From contig CP051526.1 in the NCBI GenBank assembly GCA_050916045.1, positions 3,136,001 to 3,200,000 of the forward strand: a DNA stretch of 64,000 bases. The letters are read 5' to 3'. This DNA comes from Tepidisphaera sp. Its GTDB lineage: Bacteria; Planctomycetota; Phycisphaerae; Phycisphaerales; UBA1924. A program made the position numbers and the translations under genes. Under the pieces are notes generated by a model. The model was given only the letters and a program-made list of their open reading frames with translations. It did not search any database and had not been told where the DNA came from. Each line of letters begins with the position of its first letter. Position 1 is the first letter of the stretch. Positions 1-8,446 of the stretch are shown in pieces.

Positions 1-33
1 CGGGCCGGTGGGCCCTTCCGGGGTGCTTTGCTC

Positions 34-738
34 TTACGACTTCTTCTGCTTCTTCTCTTCGGGCTTGACGAACGGCATGCCCAGACACTCCAGCACGAAG
101 CGCGAGAGCGCCGGGTTGGACCGCTGGAAGCAGACGTTGATGTTCATGCCGTGCGTGAAGGTCACGTCCGCCATGTTGATCTCGGGGAAGACGCCCTGCT
201 CGTTGACGCCGCAGGCGTAGTTGCCCTGCTTGTCAAAGGCCTTGTCCTTCAGACCACGGAAGTCCTTGATACGCGGCGTCGCCAGGTTGATGAACCTGTC
301 GAGGAAGTTCCACATCCGGTCGCGGCGGAGGGTGACCATGGTCGCGATCTCAAAGCCCTCGCGGAGCTTGAAGTTCGCCACCGACCGCTTGGCCTTGACG
401 ACCACCGGCTTCTGACCGGTGATGGTGGCAAGGGTGTCGATCGCGGTCTGCCGCTTCTCCGGCGGAATCTTGGTGCCCTCGATGTGGCGACCGAGGTTGA
501 CGTTCAAGACCACCTTGTCCAGCTTGGGCTGGGCCATGGGGTGCTTGAGGCCGAACTTCTCGGCGATCTTGGCGCGGACTTCGCTTTCGAAGACCGTCTT
601 GAGGCGCGGGACACGCTTGGGGCCGGGGTCGGCGTCGGCGTGCTGCTTGGAGGCGCGGGCGGCCTTGGACTCGGGCTTGCGCCCGGCGCCCTGGGGCTTG
701 CCAGCGGGTTTCTTGGATTTATCTGCGTCGCTTGCCAT
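34..738 (-). CDS. rplE: 50S ribosomal protein uL5 with basic N-terminal extension
   Basis: LDKVVLNVNLG, ITGQKPVVVKAKRSVANFKLREG, PRIKDFRG motifs; position after rplX. Confidence 0.97.
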   Translation of the reverse strand: MASDADKSKKPAGKPQGAGRKPESKAARASKQHADADPGPKRVPRLKTVFESEVRAKIAEKFGLKHPMAQPKLDKVVLNVNLGRHIEGTKIPPEKRQTAIDTLATITGQKPVVVKAKRSVANFKLREGFEIATMVTLRRDRMWNFLDRFINLATPRIKDFRGLKDKAFDKQGNYACGVNEQGVFPEINMADVTFTHGMNINVCFQRSNPALSRFVLECLGMPFVKPEEKKQKKS

Positions 739-753
739 AGGTTGGACTCGCTG

Positions 754-1125
754 TTACTTCTTCTTGCCGGCGGACTTCGCCGCGCCTTTGTTGGCGTCCT
801 TCGCCGGACTGACCTGCCCGAGTTCTTTGCCGCCGCGGACGGCGACGCGCCACTTGCTGCCGTCGGACTTGGTGACGAAGCGGACACGGGTGGGCTTGCC
901 ATCGACCACCGGGCTGACCTTGGACAGGTGGATGGTCATCTCACGCTGGATGATCCCGCCGGCCTGGCCCTGCGCCCGGGGCTTGACGTGCTTGGTCTGC
1001 ATGTTGACGCCCTTGACGAGCACACGGCCGTCCTTGGTGTCCACGCGCAGGACCTCGCCGACCGTCCCCTTGTCGTCCCCGCTGGTCACGATGACCGTGT
1101 CGCCTTTCCGAACATGCTTCGCCAT
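754..1125 (-). CDS. rplX: 50S ribosomal protein uL24
   Basis: KOW motif HVRKGDTVIVTSGDDKGTVGEV; GGIIQREMTIHLSKV. Confidence 0.97.
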   Translation of the reverse strand: MAKHVRKGDTVIVTSGDDKGTVGEVLRVDTKDGRVLVKGVNMQTKHVKPRAQGQAGGIIQREMTIHLSKVSPVVDGKPTRVRFVTKSDGSKWRVAVRGGKELGQVSPAKDANKGAAKSAGKKK

Positions 1126-1184
1126 ATCGCTTCTCGCTTGATCTCCCCGTTCCGCGGTGCGGTCCGGGGTAAAGAGTCCAGTTC

Positions 1185-1571
1185 TTACACCACTTCCGCC
1201 GCAAGGGACACGATCTTCATGTAGTTCTTGTCACGCAGCTCGCGGGCGACGGGCCCGAAGATGCGCGTGCCCTTGGGGTTGCCGTCGTCCTGGATGAGGA
1301 CGACCGCGTTGGAGTCGAACTTGATGTACGACCCGTCGGCGCGGCGGGTGGACTTGGTGGTCCGGACCACGACGGCCTTGCTCTTGTCGCCGGCTTTGAC
1401 GTCGGCGCCGGGGAGAGCCTTCTTGATCGAGACGAACACGCGATCGCCGATCCCGGCCGTGCGGCGGGTGAATTTGCCCGTCGCGGTCGACCCACCGTAG
1501 ACGCGGATGACGTAGGCGATCTTCGCCCCCGAGTTATCCGCGACTTCGCACCTGGTTTCCTGTTGCAGCAT
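1185..1571 (-). CDS. rplN: 50S ribosomal protein uL14
   Basis: [31 protein letters not shown]. Confidence 0.98.
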   Translation of the reverse strand: MLQQETRCEVADNSGAKIAYVIRVYGGSTATGKFTRRTAGIGDRVFVSIKKALPGADVKAGDKSKAVVVRTTKSTRRADGSYIKFDSNAVVLIQDDGNPKGTRIFGPVARELRDKNYMKIVSLAAEVV

Positions 1572-1639
1572 GGCTCAATCCTTCCGCGGGGCCCGTCGTT
1601 CCGGGCCCTTGTTCCGTTCCCTTGCGGGGAGCGGGTGAC

Positions 1640-1996
1640 TTACTTGATTTCCTTCGCGCTGGCCAAGGCTTCGGCCTGGGCGCTCCGAGCTTCCACGACG
1701 CGGACGAGGGTCCAGGTCTTGGTCTTGCTGACGGGCTTGCACGCCGCGACTTCGACGACATCGCCGGTCTTGGAGACGTTCTTCTCGTCGTGGACCTGCA
1801 GGATCGTGCGCTCTCCGAGGTACTTGCCGTACTTGGGGTGCATCGACTGATACGCGACCACCACGCGGCGGCTCTTGTCGCGCTTGGAGGACTCGACGAC
1901 GCCGATCTTGGTCCCCTTCACGTCGGCGGTGCCTTTGGAATCGGTCGCGCCCTTCGCGGGGGCTTTGCTCTTGCTGTCGCTGGTCTTCGCGGGCAT
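1640..1996 (-). CDS. rpsQ: 30S ribosomal protein uS17 with N-terminal extension
   Basis: GVVESSKRDKS, HPKYGKY, HDEKN, KPVSKTKTW. Confidence 0.96.
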   Translation of the reverse strand: MPAKTSDSKSKAPAKGATDSKGTADVKGTKIGVVESSKRDKSRRVVVAYQSMHPKYGKYLGERTILQVHDEKNVSKTGDVVEVAACKPVSKTKTWTLVRVVEARSAQAEALASAKEIK

Positions 1997-2056
1997 GTGC
2001 TGGTTCGTCCTTCGCCGACCGATGTTCCCGGTGCGGCCTGTGGTCTTGTGGTCCGC

Positions 2057-2260
2057 TTACTTCTTCGTCGCTTGCATTTCGATCTGACGCTTGCGGGTCA
2101 GGACACGGGCGATGTCACGCTTGAGGTGGCCGAACCGGGTCGTGTCCTCGACCTTCTCGGTCACGCTCTTGGCGCGGAGCTCGTAGAGCTCCTTGCGGAG
2201 GCGCGTGAGTTCCGGGGCGATCTCGTCGATCCTGAGCTTGCTGGCTTCTTTACCCTTCAT
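2057..2260 (-). CDS. rpmC: 50S ribosomal protein uL29
   Basis: LRKELYELR, KRDIARVLT; synteny. Confidence 0.95.
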   Translation of the reverse strand: MKGKEASKLRIDEIAPELTRLRKELYELRAKSVTEKVEDTTRFGHLKRDIARVLTRKRQIEMQATKK

Positions 2261-2341
2261 CGCTTCATCCTTCTTGCGGGCTGGGCCCGCTCAAACTCTC
2301 TTTGCTGGCTGCTGTTCCGGCTGACGTTCTCGTCCGTGCAC

Positions 2342-2761
2342 TCAGACCTTCACGCGGCGGCCGACGAACCGGCAGCGGACGGGCATCTTGATCGCGACGC
2401 GGGCGAAAGCCGCCTTCGCCGTCGCTTCCGACACGCCGGCGATCTCGAAGAGCATCGTGCCGGGCTTCACACGGGCCGCCCAGTAATCGACCTCCGCCTT
2501 ACCCGTACCCATTCGGGTTTCGAGCGGCTTCTTGGAGATCGGCTTGTCCGGGAAGACGCGGATGAACAGCTTGCCCTCGCGCTTGAGGAAGTGCTGCGCC
2601 GACACGCGGCCGGACTCGATCACCGTCCCCTTCAGCCAGCACCCGTCGAGGGCCTGCAGGCCGAAGTCGCCGTACGCGACGTAGTTGCCCTTCGTCGCTT
2701 TGCGATCGCGGACGTTCCGCATCTCTTTCCGAAACTTCACTCGCTTGGGCATCAACGCCAT
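2342..2761 (-). CDS. rplP: 50S ribosomal protein uL16
   Basis: MPKRVKFRK, IRVFPDKPISKKPLETRMGTGK. Confidence 0.98.
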   Translation of the reverse strand: MALMPKRVKFRKEMRNVRDRKATKGNYVAYGDFGLQALDGCWLKGTVIESGRVSAQHFLKREGKLFIRVFPDKPISKKPLETRMGTGKAEVDYWAARVKPGTMLFEIAGVSEATAKAAFARVAIKMPVRCRFVGRRVKV

Positions 2762-2850
2762 GCGTCACACTCCACTTGCTCACTAGCCCCACCGAAACTT
2801 CAACCCGACGTCTCAAACTCGTACGAATCCGACCGTGATCGGAAGCCGAC

Positions 2851-3552
2851 TCAGCGACGGCCGCGGGCGCGGGCCCGGCCGCCGGCCGCGTTGCTTTCCT
2901 CTTCGGTCCGCTCCGTGGTGTACATGCCTTTGTAGATCCAGCACTTGATGCCGATGATGCCGGCGGGCGTGCGGGCTTCGGCCGTCGCGTACTCGACGCG
3001 AGCCTGAAGCGTCGAGAGGGGCATGCGGCCCTGCGCGACGGTCATGCTCTTGGCGATTTCCGCGCCGCCCAGGCGGCCGGAGATCCGGATCTTGCAGCCC
3101 TGAGCCCCTGAGGTCATCATGGCGTCGATCTTCATCTTGAGAGCACGGCGGAAAGCCATGCGCTTCAGGAGAGCCTCGCCGATCCCCTCGGCGCACAGCT
3201 TGGCGTCAAGGTCGGGGTTCTTGACTTCCATGATCGAGATTGCGACCTTGCGGCCGGTCATGAACTGGAGTTCCTGCGTCATCCGCTCGACCTCGGCGCC
3301 CTTGGGGCCGATGACCAGGCCGGGACGCGCGGTCTTGATGATGATCTTGAGTTCTTCGCGCGTGCGCTCGATGTGGATGTCCGAAACCGCCGCGAACGGG
3401 GGCTTGCGGTTCAGCCGGTTGTCGAGGTACTTGCGGATCTTCTCGTCCTCGATGACGAGCTCGCCGAAGAGGGCCTTGGGGGCGTACCAGCGGCTTTTGT
3501 GAGCCTCGGTCACACCGAGGCGGAACCCGAATGGATGTGTCTTCTGTCCCAT
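2851..3552 (-). CDS. rpsC: 30S ribosomal protein uS3
   Basis: MGQKTHPFGFRLG, KH motif ARPGLVIGPKG, SGRLGGAEIA, GIKCWIYKG. Confidence 0.98.
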   Translation of the reverse strand: MGQKTHPFGFRLGVTEAHKSRWYAPKALFGELVIEDEKIRKYLDNRLNRKPPFAAVSDIHIERTREELKIIIKTARPGLVIGPKGAEVERMTQELQFMTGRKVAISIMEVKNPDLDAKLCAEGIGEALLKRMAFRRALKMKIDAMMTSGAQGCKIRISGRLGGAEIAKSMTVAQGRMPLSTLQARVEYATAEARTPAGIIGIKCWIYKGMYTTERTEEESNAAGGRARARGRR

Positions 3553-3598
3553 GCTTCACTCCGGGGCTGCGTCAGTCGCGCCCGATGGATCTGTTTGG

Positions 3599-4159
3599 TT
3601 ACTTCTGCTTCTTCGGGCCCTTGGTGCCGACCGAGACCGTGATGTTGGCCGAACGCTTGATGATCGGGTGGGCCCGACCGCGGTCCTTGGGCTGGAAACG
3701 CTTCATCTGCACGCCCTCGTCGCAGCGGCTCTCGAGGACGAAGAGCTTGGAGACATCGGCTTCGAAAGCTTCCGCGTCCGCGATCGCGGCCGTCAGGCAC
3801 TTCTTGATGTTCACCGCCGCACGCTTGCTCGTGAAGGTCAGCATGTTCAGAGCGGTGTCAACCTGCTTGCCGCGGATCATGTCCACGACGAGCTTGGCCT
3901 TGCGGGCCGAGCCGCGGTTGTTGAAGAGGGCGCTGGTGAACTTGACGATCTCGGGGAGCTGGACGCCCAGCGCGGCCGCGATCTTCTGGCAGTCGGTCGC
4001 TTTGCAGCGCGGGTGGTCGTTGTTGCGGATCCAGTTGCGGACCGCGGAGAGAGCGTTCGCGCCCTTGAGGGAGGGGCGTTCGATCGCCGCCGCCAACTGC
4101 TCCACGGCGATGCCTCTCGCCGCCGCCAGTTGTTCAACTCGTTCGCCTCGCAGTTTCAC
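3599..4159 (-). CDS. rplV: 50S ribosomal protein uL22 fused to a ~70-aa N-terminal XRE/Cro-like helix-turn-helix domain
   Basis: L22 core SARKAKLVVDMIRGK...KRFQPKDRGRAHPIIKRSANITVSV; GTG start at 4159 with AAGGA SD 7 nt upstream; between rpsS and rpsC. Confidence 0.95.
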   Translation of the reverse strand: MKLRGERVEQLAAARGIAVEQLAAAIERPSLKGANALSAVRNWIRNNDHPRCKATDCQKIAAALGVQLPEIVKFTSALFNNRGSARKAKLVVDMIRGKQVDTALNMLTFTSKRAAVNIKKCLTAAIADAEAFEADVSKLFVLESRCDEGVQMKRFQPKDRGRAHPIIKRSANITVSVGTKGPKKQK

Positions 4160-4246
4160 AGGTCAGTCCTTCCTTCAGTCGCTCCGGCCGCTTGACGCTC
4201 CGGGCGTGATTCGCTTGCGTGATCCCTATCCGGTCCGAGCCGTCGC

Positions 4247-4540
4247 TTACTTCTTGGCCCCGGCGTCGTCGATGCCTTCCTTCTTGTTCGTGTGGCCGCG
4301 GAACGTGCGGCTCAGCGAGAACTCGCCGAGCTTGTGCCCGACCATGTCCTCGGTCACGAACACGTCGATGAACGTCCTGCCGTTGTGCACCTTGAAGGTG
4401 TGCCCCACGAACTCCGGCACGATCGTGCACGCGCGACGCCAGGTCTTCAGCGGCTCCTTGCGCCGAGACTCGTTGAGCTTCTCCACCCTGCGATAGAGCT
4501 TCTCATCGACGTACGGACCTTTCTTGAGGCTGCGTCCCAT
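4247..4540 (-). CDS. rpsS: 30S ribosomal protein uS19
   Basis: [27 protein letters not shown]. Confidence 0.98.
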   Translation of the reverse strand: MGRSLKKGPYVDEKLYRRVEKLNESRRKEPLKTWRRACTIVPEFVGHTFKVHNGRTFIDVFVTEDMVGHKLGEFSLSRTFRGHTNKKEGIDDAGAKK

Positions 4541-4618
4541 GTTCCGGTTTCCTGCTGCCCGTGTGCTCGTTCGAGCACGGGCTTGTTGATCCTGTTTCTG
4601 CTGCCGACTGACCGATGC

Positions 4619-5476
4619 TTACTTCTTCTGGCCGTAACGCGTGCTCACGCGGCGACGGATGATGAGCTTGGTGCTCGCCTTCTTGCGGTTGCGGGTGTTG
4701 CCGCCCTTGGCAAGAACGCCCGTCGGTCCGCAAGGAGCACGGTTGCCCTTCGAACGACCCGAACCGCCGCCCAGCGGGTGGGCGTGGTGGCTCTTCGCCA
4801 TACCGCGGGTGATCGGGCGGATTCCCATGAGCCGCGACAGGCCGGCTTTGCCGAGCTTGCGGAGACGGTGGTCGATGTTGCCGACCTGGCCGATCGTCGC
4901 ACGGCAGTTGATGTCCACCTTGCGCATTTCGCCAGAAGGAAGGATCAGCGTCGCGTACTGCTCATCCTTGTTGGAGAGCTTGGCGAAGCTGCCCGCCGAG
5001 CGGCACATCTTCGCGCCGTTGCCCGCGACCAGCTCCACCGCGTGAACTTCAAGACCGGTCGGAATGAACCGGAGCTGCATGCAGTTGCCGACGCTCGGCT
5101 CGACCGCTTCGGTCGCGCTGGTCAGGATCTCCTGGCCGTCCTTGAGCCCCATCGGAGCAAGGATGTACCGACGCTCGCCGTCGGTGTACTCAACCAGGGC
5201 GATGTGCGAGGAACGACCCGGATCGTACTCGATCCCGATCACCTTGCCGACGATCCCGTTGCGGTCCTTCCGCTTGAAATCGATCAGGCGGAGCATCGAC
5301 TTCACGCCGCCGCCGATGCCGCGGGCCGTGACGATGCCGTGGTGGTTGCGGCCGCCGGTGTGCGGCAGCGGACGGAGCAGGTTGTGCTCGGGGGTCTTCT
5401 TCGTGACCTCGGCGTGCGCGTTCACCGACGCGTTGCGTCGGCCGGCGCTCGTGGGTTTGTAAATCTTGATCGGCAT
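4619..5476 (-). CDS. rplB: 50S ribosomal protein uL2
   Basis: IEYDPGRSSHIAL, ATIGQVGN, HPLGGG. Confidence 0.98.
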   Translation of the reverse strand: MPIKIYKPTSAGRRNASVNAHAEVTKKTPEHNLLRPLPHTGGRNHHGIVTARGIGGGVKSMLRLIDFKRKDRNGIVGKVIGIEYDPGRSSHIALVEYTDGERRYILAPMGLKDGQEILTSATEAVEPSVGNCMQLRFIPTGLEVHAVELVAGNGAKMCRSAGSFAKLSNKDEQYATLILPSGEMRKVDINCRATIGQVGNIDHRLRKLGKAGLSRLMGIRPITRGMAKSHHAHPLGGGSGRSKGNRAPCGPTGVLAKGGNTRNRKKASTKLIIRRRVSTRYGQKK

Positions 5477-5518
5477 GATTCAGTTCCTTCCGCCGGGCGG
5501 AGGTGAGCGTTCAGGGGA

Positions 5519-5809
5519 TCAGAACAGTTCGATCGAGTCGTCCTTGTGGAGCTTGACCGTGGCCTTCTTGCTGATGGGGTCCGAGACCGAGCCGTACTTG
5601 AGGCGACGCATCCCGCCCTTGCGGATCTGCGTGCTCACCGACTCCACACGCACCTTGTAAAGCTCCTCGATCGCTTTCTTGATCTCGGTCTTCGTGGCGC
5701 GGGGATCAACCAGGAAGCTGTAACGCTTGTGGTCGGTCATCTGGTCCGTGTTCTTCTCGGAGAGAAGCGGATGCTTCACGATGTACATGGCAGCGACGTT
5801 GGCTGGCAT
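5519..5809 (-). CDS. rplW: 50S ribosomal protein uL23
   Basis: PLLSEK, YSFLVDPRATKTEIKKAIEELYKVRV, KKATVKL. Confidence 0.96.
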   Translation of the reverse strand: MPANVAAMYIVKHPLLSEKNTDQMTDHKRYSFLVDPRATKTEIKKAIEELYKVRVESVSTQIRKGGMRRLKYGSVSDPISKKATVKLHKDDSIELF

Positions 5810-6591
5810 TACTTGGTCTCCTTCTTGGCCTTCGCCGCGGGCTTGACGGCCTTCGCCGCAGGCTTGGCTTCAGCATCCTTCGCGCCCGAACCCTTGGCCT
5901 GCACGCCCTCGGCGGACATGCCCTTGGGCTCAAGCTTCGCGTCCTTGCCCGTCTGCGACCACGGACCGTTCAGCCAGGCTTCCAGGTCGGCCTTGCCGAT
6001 CACGAGGAAGCGGTGGTTCAGCATGTCGAAGCAGTTCAGCTGGTCAGCGCGGATCAGCGTCACGTCCTCGACGTTGCGGCCGGACTTGCGGGCGTTCTCG
6101 CTCTTGGCGGCATCGACCGGAAGCGCGACGACCGCGGAACGGTCGACCTTGATCGCTTCCAGGAAGCCCAGGAACCCCTTGGTCTTGGGCTCCGAGAAGG
6201 AGATGTCGTCCACCACGCGAACTTCGTTGTCCACCAGCTTGGCGAGCAGCGCGTTGCGGTTGGCTTTGCGGCGCATCTTCTTGGGCATGTCCAAGCGGAA
6301 GTCCTCGCGGACCTTCTTCTTGGAGTGGCCGTGACCGCCGCCCTTCATCAGGTTGACTTTCTTGTCACCGTGACGGGCGTTACCGGTGCCCTTCTGCTTG
6401 TAGAGCTTGCGGGTCGAGCCCTCGACCTCGCGGCGGTTCTTCGTCAAGCTCGAACCCTGACGGGTCGAAGCGTGGTACCGCACATAGGCCTGCTTGATCA
6501 GGGCCGGATTGACTTCGCCGCCGAGCGCCTGCTCGTCGATCTTCAAAGTGCCGACTTGTGTGCCAGCCATATTGAGGACGGGGACATCCAT
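5809..6591 (-). CDS. rplD: 50S ribosomal protein uL4 with Ala/Lys-rich C-terminal tail
   Basis: KNRREVEGSTRKLYKQKGTGNARHG; ATG at 6591 with GAGGA SD (ORF-track start 6630 is too long). Confidence 0.96.
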   Translation of the reverse strand: MDVPVLNMAGTQVGTLKIDEQALGGEVNPALIKQAYVRYHASTRQGSSLTKNRREVEGSTRKLYKQKGTGNARHGDKKVNLMKGGGHGHSKKKVREDFRLDMPKKMRRKANRNALLAKLVDNEVRVVDDISFSEPKTKGFLGFLEAIKVDRSAVVALPVDAAKSENARKSGRNVEDVTLIRADQLNCFDMLNHRFLVIGKADLEAWLNGPWSQTGKDAKLEPKGMSAEGVQAKGSGAKDAEAKPAAKAVKPAAKAKKETK

Positions 6592-6998
6592 TGTGTCATT
6601 CCTCGCCAAACGCCTCTTGCCGGCAAACACGGGTCGCCCCGATGCTTGCCGTCCGCCTATCCGCCTCGCCTCCTATCGCCCCGGGTCGCCGTTTCGGCTT
6701 CGGGGCTCGCACACGCCACGCTGGCGGGTACGGGGGTCGGGTCGGAATCGACTCGGCCGTCCGGATCAGCACGGGTGGACTCTCGTCCGATCCGTTCTCT
6801 CGCTGATCCTTCATTTGTCGTCACCCGGCGGTTTCGATCCCGGTCCACACTCGCGTGCTTCCCAAGCCGACCTTTCGGGCTCGCCGGCCCTGCCTGCTGG
6901 GGGCCGACGACGAAGACTCTCAATCCATCCACCGGCGACTTTCGAGATGCCGGGCCTCGATCATTGGCCCCCTCACCCGAAAAGTCACCTTTTCGTTC
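6592..6998 (-). ncRNA. Putative large structured RNA in the rplC-rplD spacer (family unknown)
   Basis: 407-nt spacer with several nested helices, most capped by GNRA loops on the transcribed strand (6622-6650, 6678-6706, 6763-6809). Confidence 0.5.
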
Positions 6999-7688
6999 TT
7001 ACTTCTTTGCCGCGTCGACCTTCTTCTGCTTGCTCGTGTACAAGCGGACGGCCGGACGGATCTGAATCGTGCCCGTGTTCGCGCCGGCAACCGTCCCCTT
7101 CACCAGGATCAGGTTCCGGGCTTCGTCAATGCGGACCACGTCCAGATTTCGGCACGTGACCCGAACATTGCCCATATGGCCGGACATCTTCTTGCCCTTG
7201 GCCAGACCGCCGCCGAAGCCGCGGTTCGAGCAAAGCGAACCGATCGAGCCCGGAGAGCGGTGCTTACGTTCCGTGCCGTGCGTCGCGGGCATGCCCTTGA
7301 AGTGGTGCCGCTTCATCGTGCCGGCGAAACCCTTGCCCTTGTTCGTGCCGATCACGTCCACGAACATGTTGCCTTCGAGAGCCTTGACCGTCAGGACCTG
7401 GCCCAGGGTGTACTCGCCGACGCTCTTGTCGTCCACAAGGAACTCGCGGTGGTGCCGCTTGGGGCTCGTCCCGGCCTTCGCGTCGTGACCGATCAGCGGC
7501 ATCGTGCTGTTGCGAGCTTTCATCTCGCCCCAACCGATCTGCACCGCCGTGTAGCCGTCGTTTTCCTTCGTCTTGACCTGCGTCACCGTGCAGGGGCCGA
7601 CCTCAAGCACCGTCACCAGCGTGCTCGCGCCCTTGGCGTCGTACACGCGGGTCATGCCGATTTTCTTGCCCAGAAGAGTCACCGCCAT
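6999..7688 (-). CDS. rplC: 50S ribosomal protein uL3
   Basis: [41 protein letters not shown]; start 7688 or 7694. Confidence 0.98.
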   Translation of the reverse strand: MAVTLLGKKIGMTRVYDAKGASTLVTVLEVGPCTVTQVKTKENDGYTAVQIGWGEMKARNSTMPLIGHDAKAGTSPKRHHREFLVDDKSVGEYTLGQVLTVKALEGNMFVDVIGTNKGKGFAGTMKRHHFKGMPATHGTERKHRSPGSIGSLCSNRGFGGGLAKGKKMSGHMGNVRVTCRNLDVVRIDEARNLILVKGTVAGANTGTIQIRPAVRLYTSKQKKVDAAKK

Positions 7689-7797
7689 CGTCATTCACCT
7701 TCGCGGAATCCGGTGCAAGCCCCTATTGGCCGCCCTGATCGTCCGACTTTGTCCCCACTTGCCCATCCGCCCCGTTCACCCGCAAACTCAGCCGACG

Positions 7798-7824
7798 AAA
7801 AAGGCCCGGCAAACCTGCCGGGCC
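7798..7824 (-). terminator. Intrinsic terminator-like hairpin between rpsJ and rplC
   Basis: Minus strand GGCCCGGCA-GGTT-TGCCGGGCC-TTTTT: perfect 9-bp stem plus U-tract, 13 nt after the rpsJ stop. Confidence 0.75.
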
Positions 7825-7837
7825 ATCATGCTCATGC

Positions 7838-8146
7838 TCAAGCCTTGATCTTCACGAACACGCCCGCCGGAACGACCAGGCGGTTCAGAGCCTCGACCGT
7901 GCGGACGTTCGGATCGAGGATGTCGATGATCCGCTTGTGCGTGCGGATCTCGAACTGCTCACGCGATTTCTTGTCGATGTGAGGCGAACGAAGCACCGTG
8001 TAGCGCTCCACACGCGTCGGCAGCGGCACCGGACCGGCGACTTTGGCGTTGGTCCGCTTGGCGTGCTCCACGATCTCCTTCGCCGACGCATCGAGGGCGA
8101 GGTGGTCGTAAGCTTCCATCCGAATTCGAATCTTGCCGCTGCTCAT
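7838..8146 (-). CDS. rpsJ: 30S ribosomal protein uS10 (NusE)
   Basis: [41 protein letters not shown] 8146 with AGAGG SD. Confidence 0.98.
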   Translation of the reverse strand: MSSGKIRIRMEAYDHLALDASAKEIVEHAKRTNAKVAGPVPLPTRVERYTVLRSPHIDKKSREQFEIRTHKRIIDILDPNVRTVEALNRLVVPAGVFVKIKA

Positions 8147-8209
8147 CAAAACCTCTTTCGACTTTCCCCTCCGCCGGAGCGCGCACACGCCTCCCGGCAG
8201 GGGGAGGGA

Positions 8210-8237
8210 AGAATAGACACCCCCCCGCCTCAGTCAA
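8210..8237 (-). promoter_or_regulatory. Putative sigma70 promoter of the S10 cluster
   Basis: Minus strand TTGACT-N16-TATTCT, followed by a GC-rich leader hairpin before rpsJ. Confidence 0.6.
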
Positions 8238-8446
8238 CCCGCCGAGCTTCCCCGACCTTCCGACTTTCCGGACGAGCCGCCCCCAACCTCGCCCCAGACC
8301 CACGCACCCCCCGCCCAAGTTTGACCGGGAACGCCCCGACCGCCGATCCGTATGGTTGAAAGCCAACGGCTCGCCCCAATCCAAACCCCGACAGGCCACC
8401 GCTTCCGCGAGCCTTACCTTCCAGATTCCGCATAGGAACCAAACCG

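Noticed and set aside
6596..6932. Small ORFs (72 and 91 aa) in the rplC-rplD spacer
   Set aside because: Arg/Pro/Gly-rich translations without the codon bias of the flanking genes; base-pairing patterns dominate.
6592..6998. RNase P RNA, tmRNA or self-splicing intron identity for the spacer
   Set aside because: No GAGGAAAGUCC, no tRNA-like ends, and no group II domain V or group I P7 signature recognised.
6930..8275. Recurring AAAGTCG word near the rpsJ promoter and in the spacers as an operator
   Set aside because: Short, non-palindromic and irregularly placed; cannot be distinguished from chance or GNRA-loop bias.
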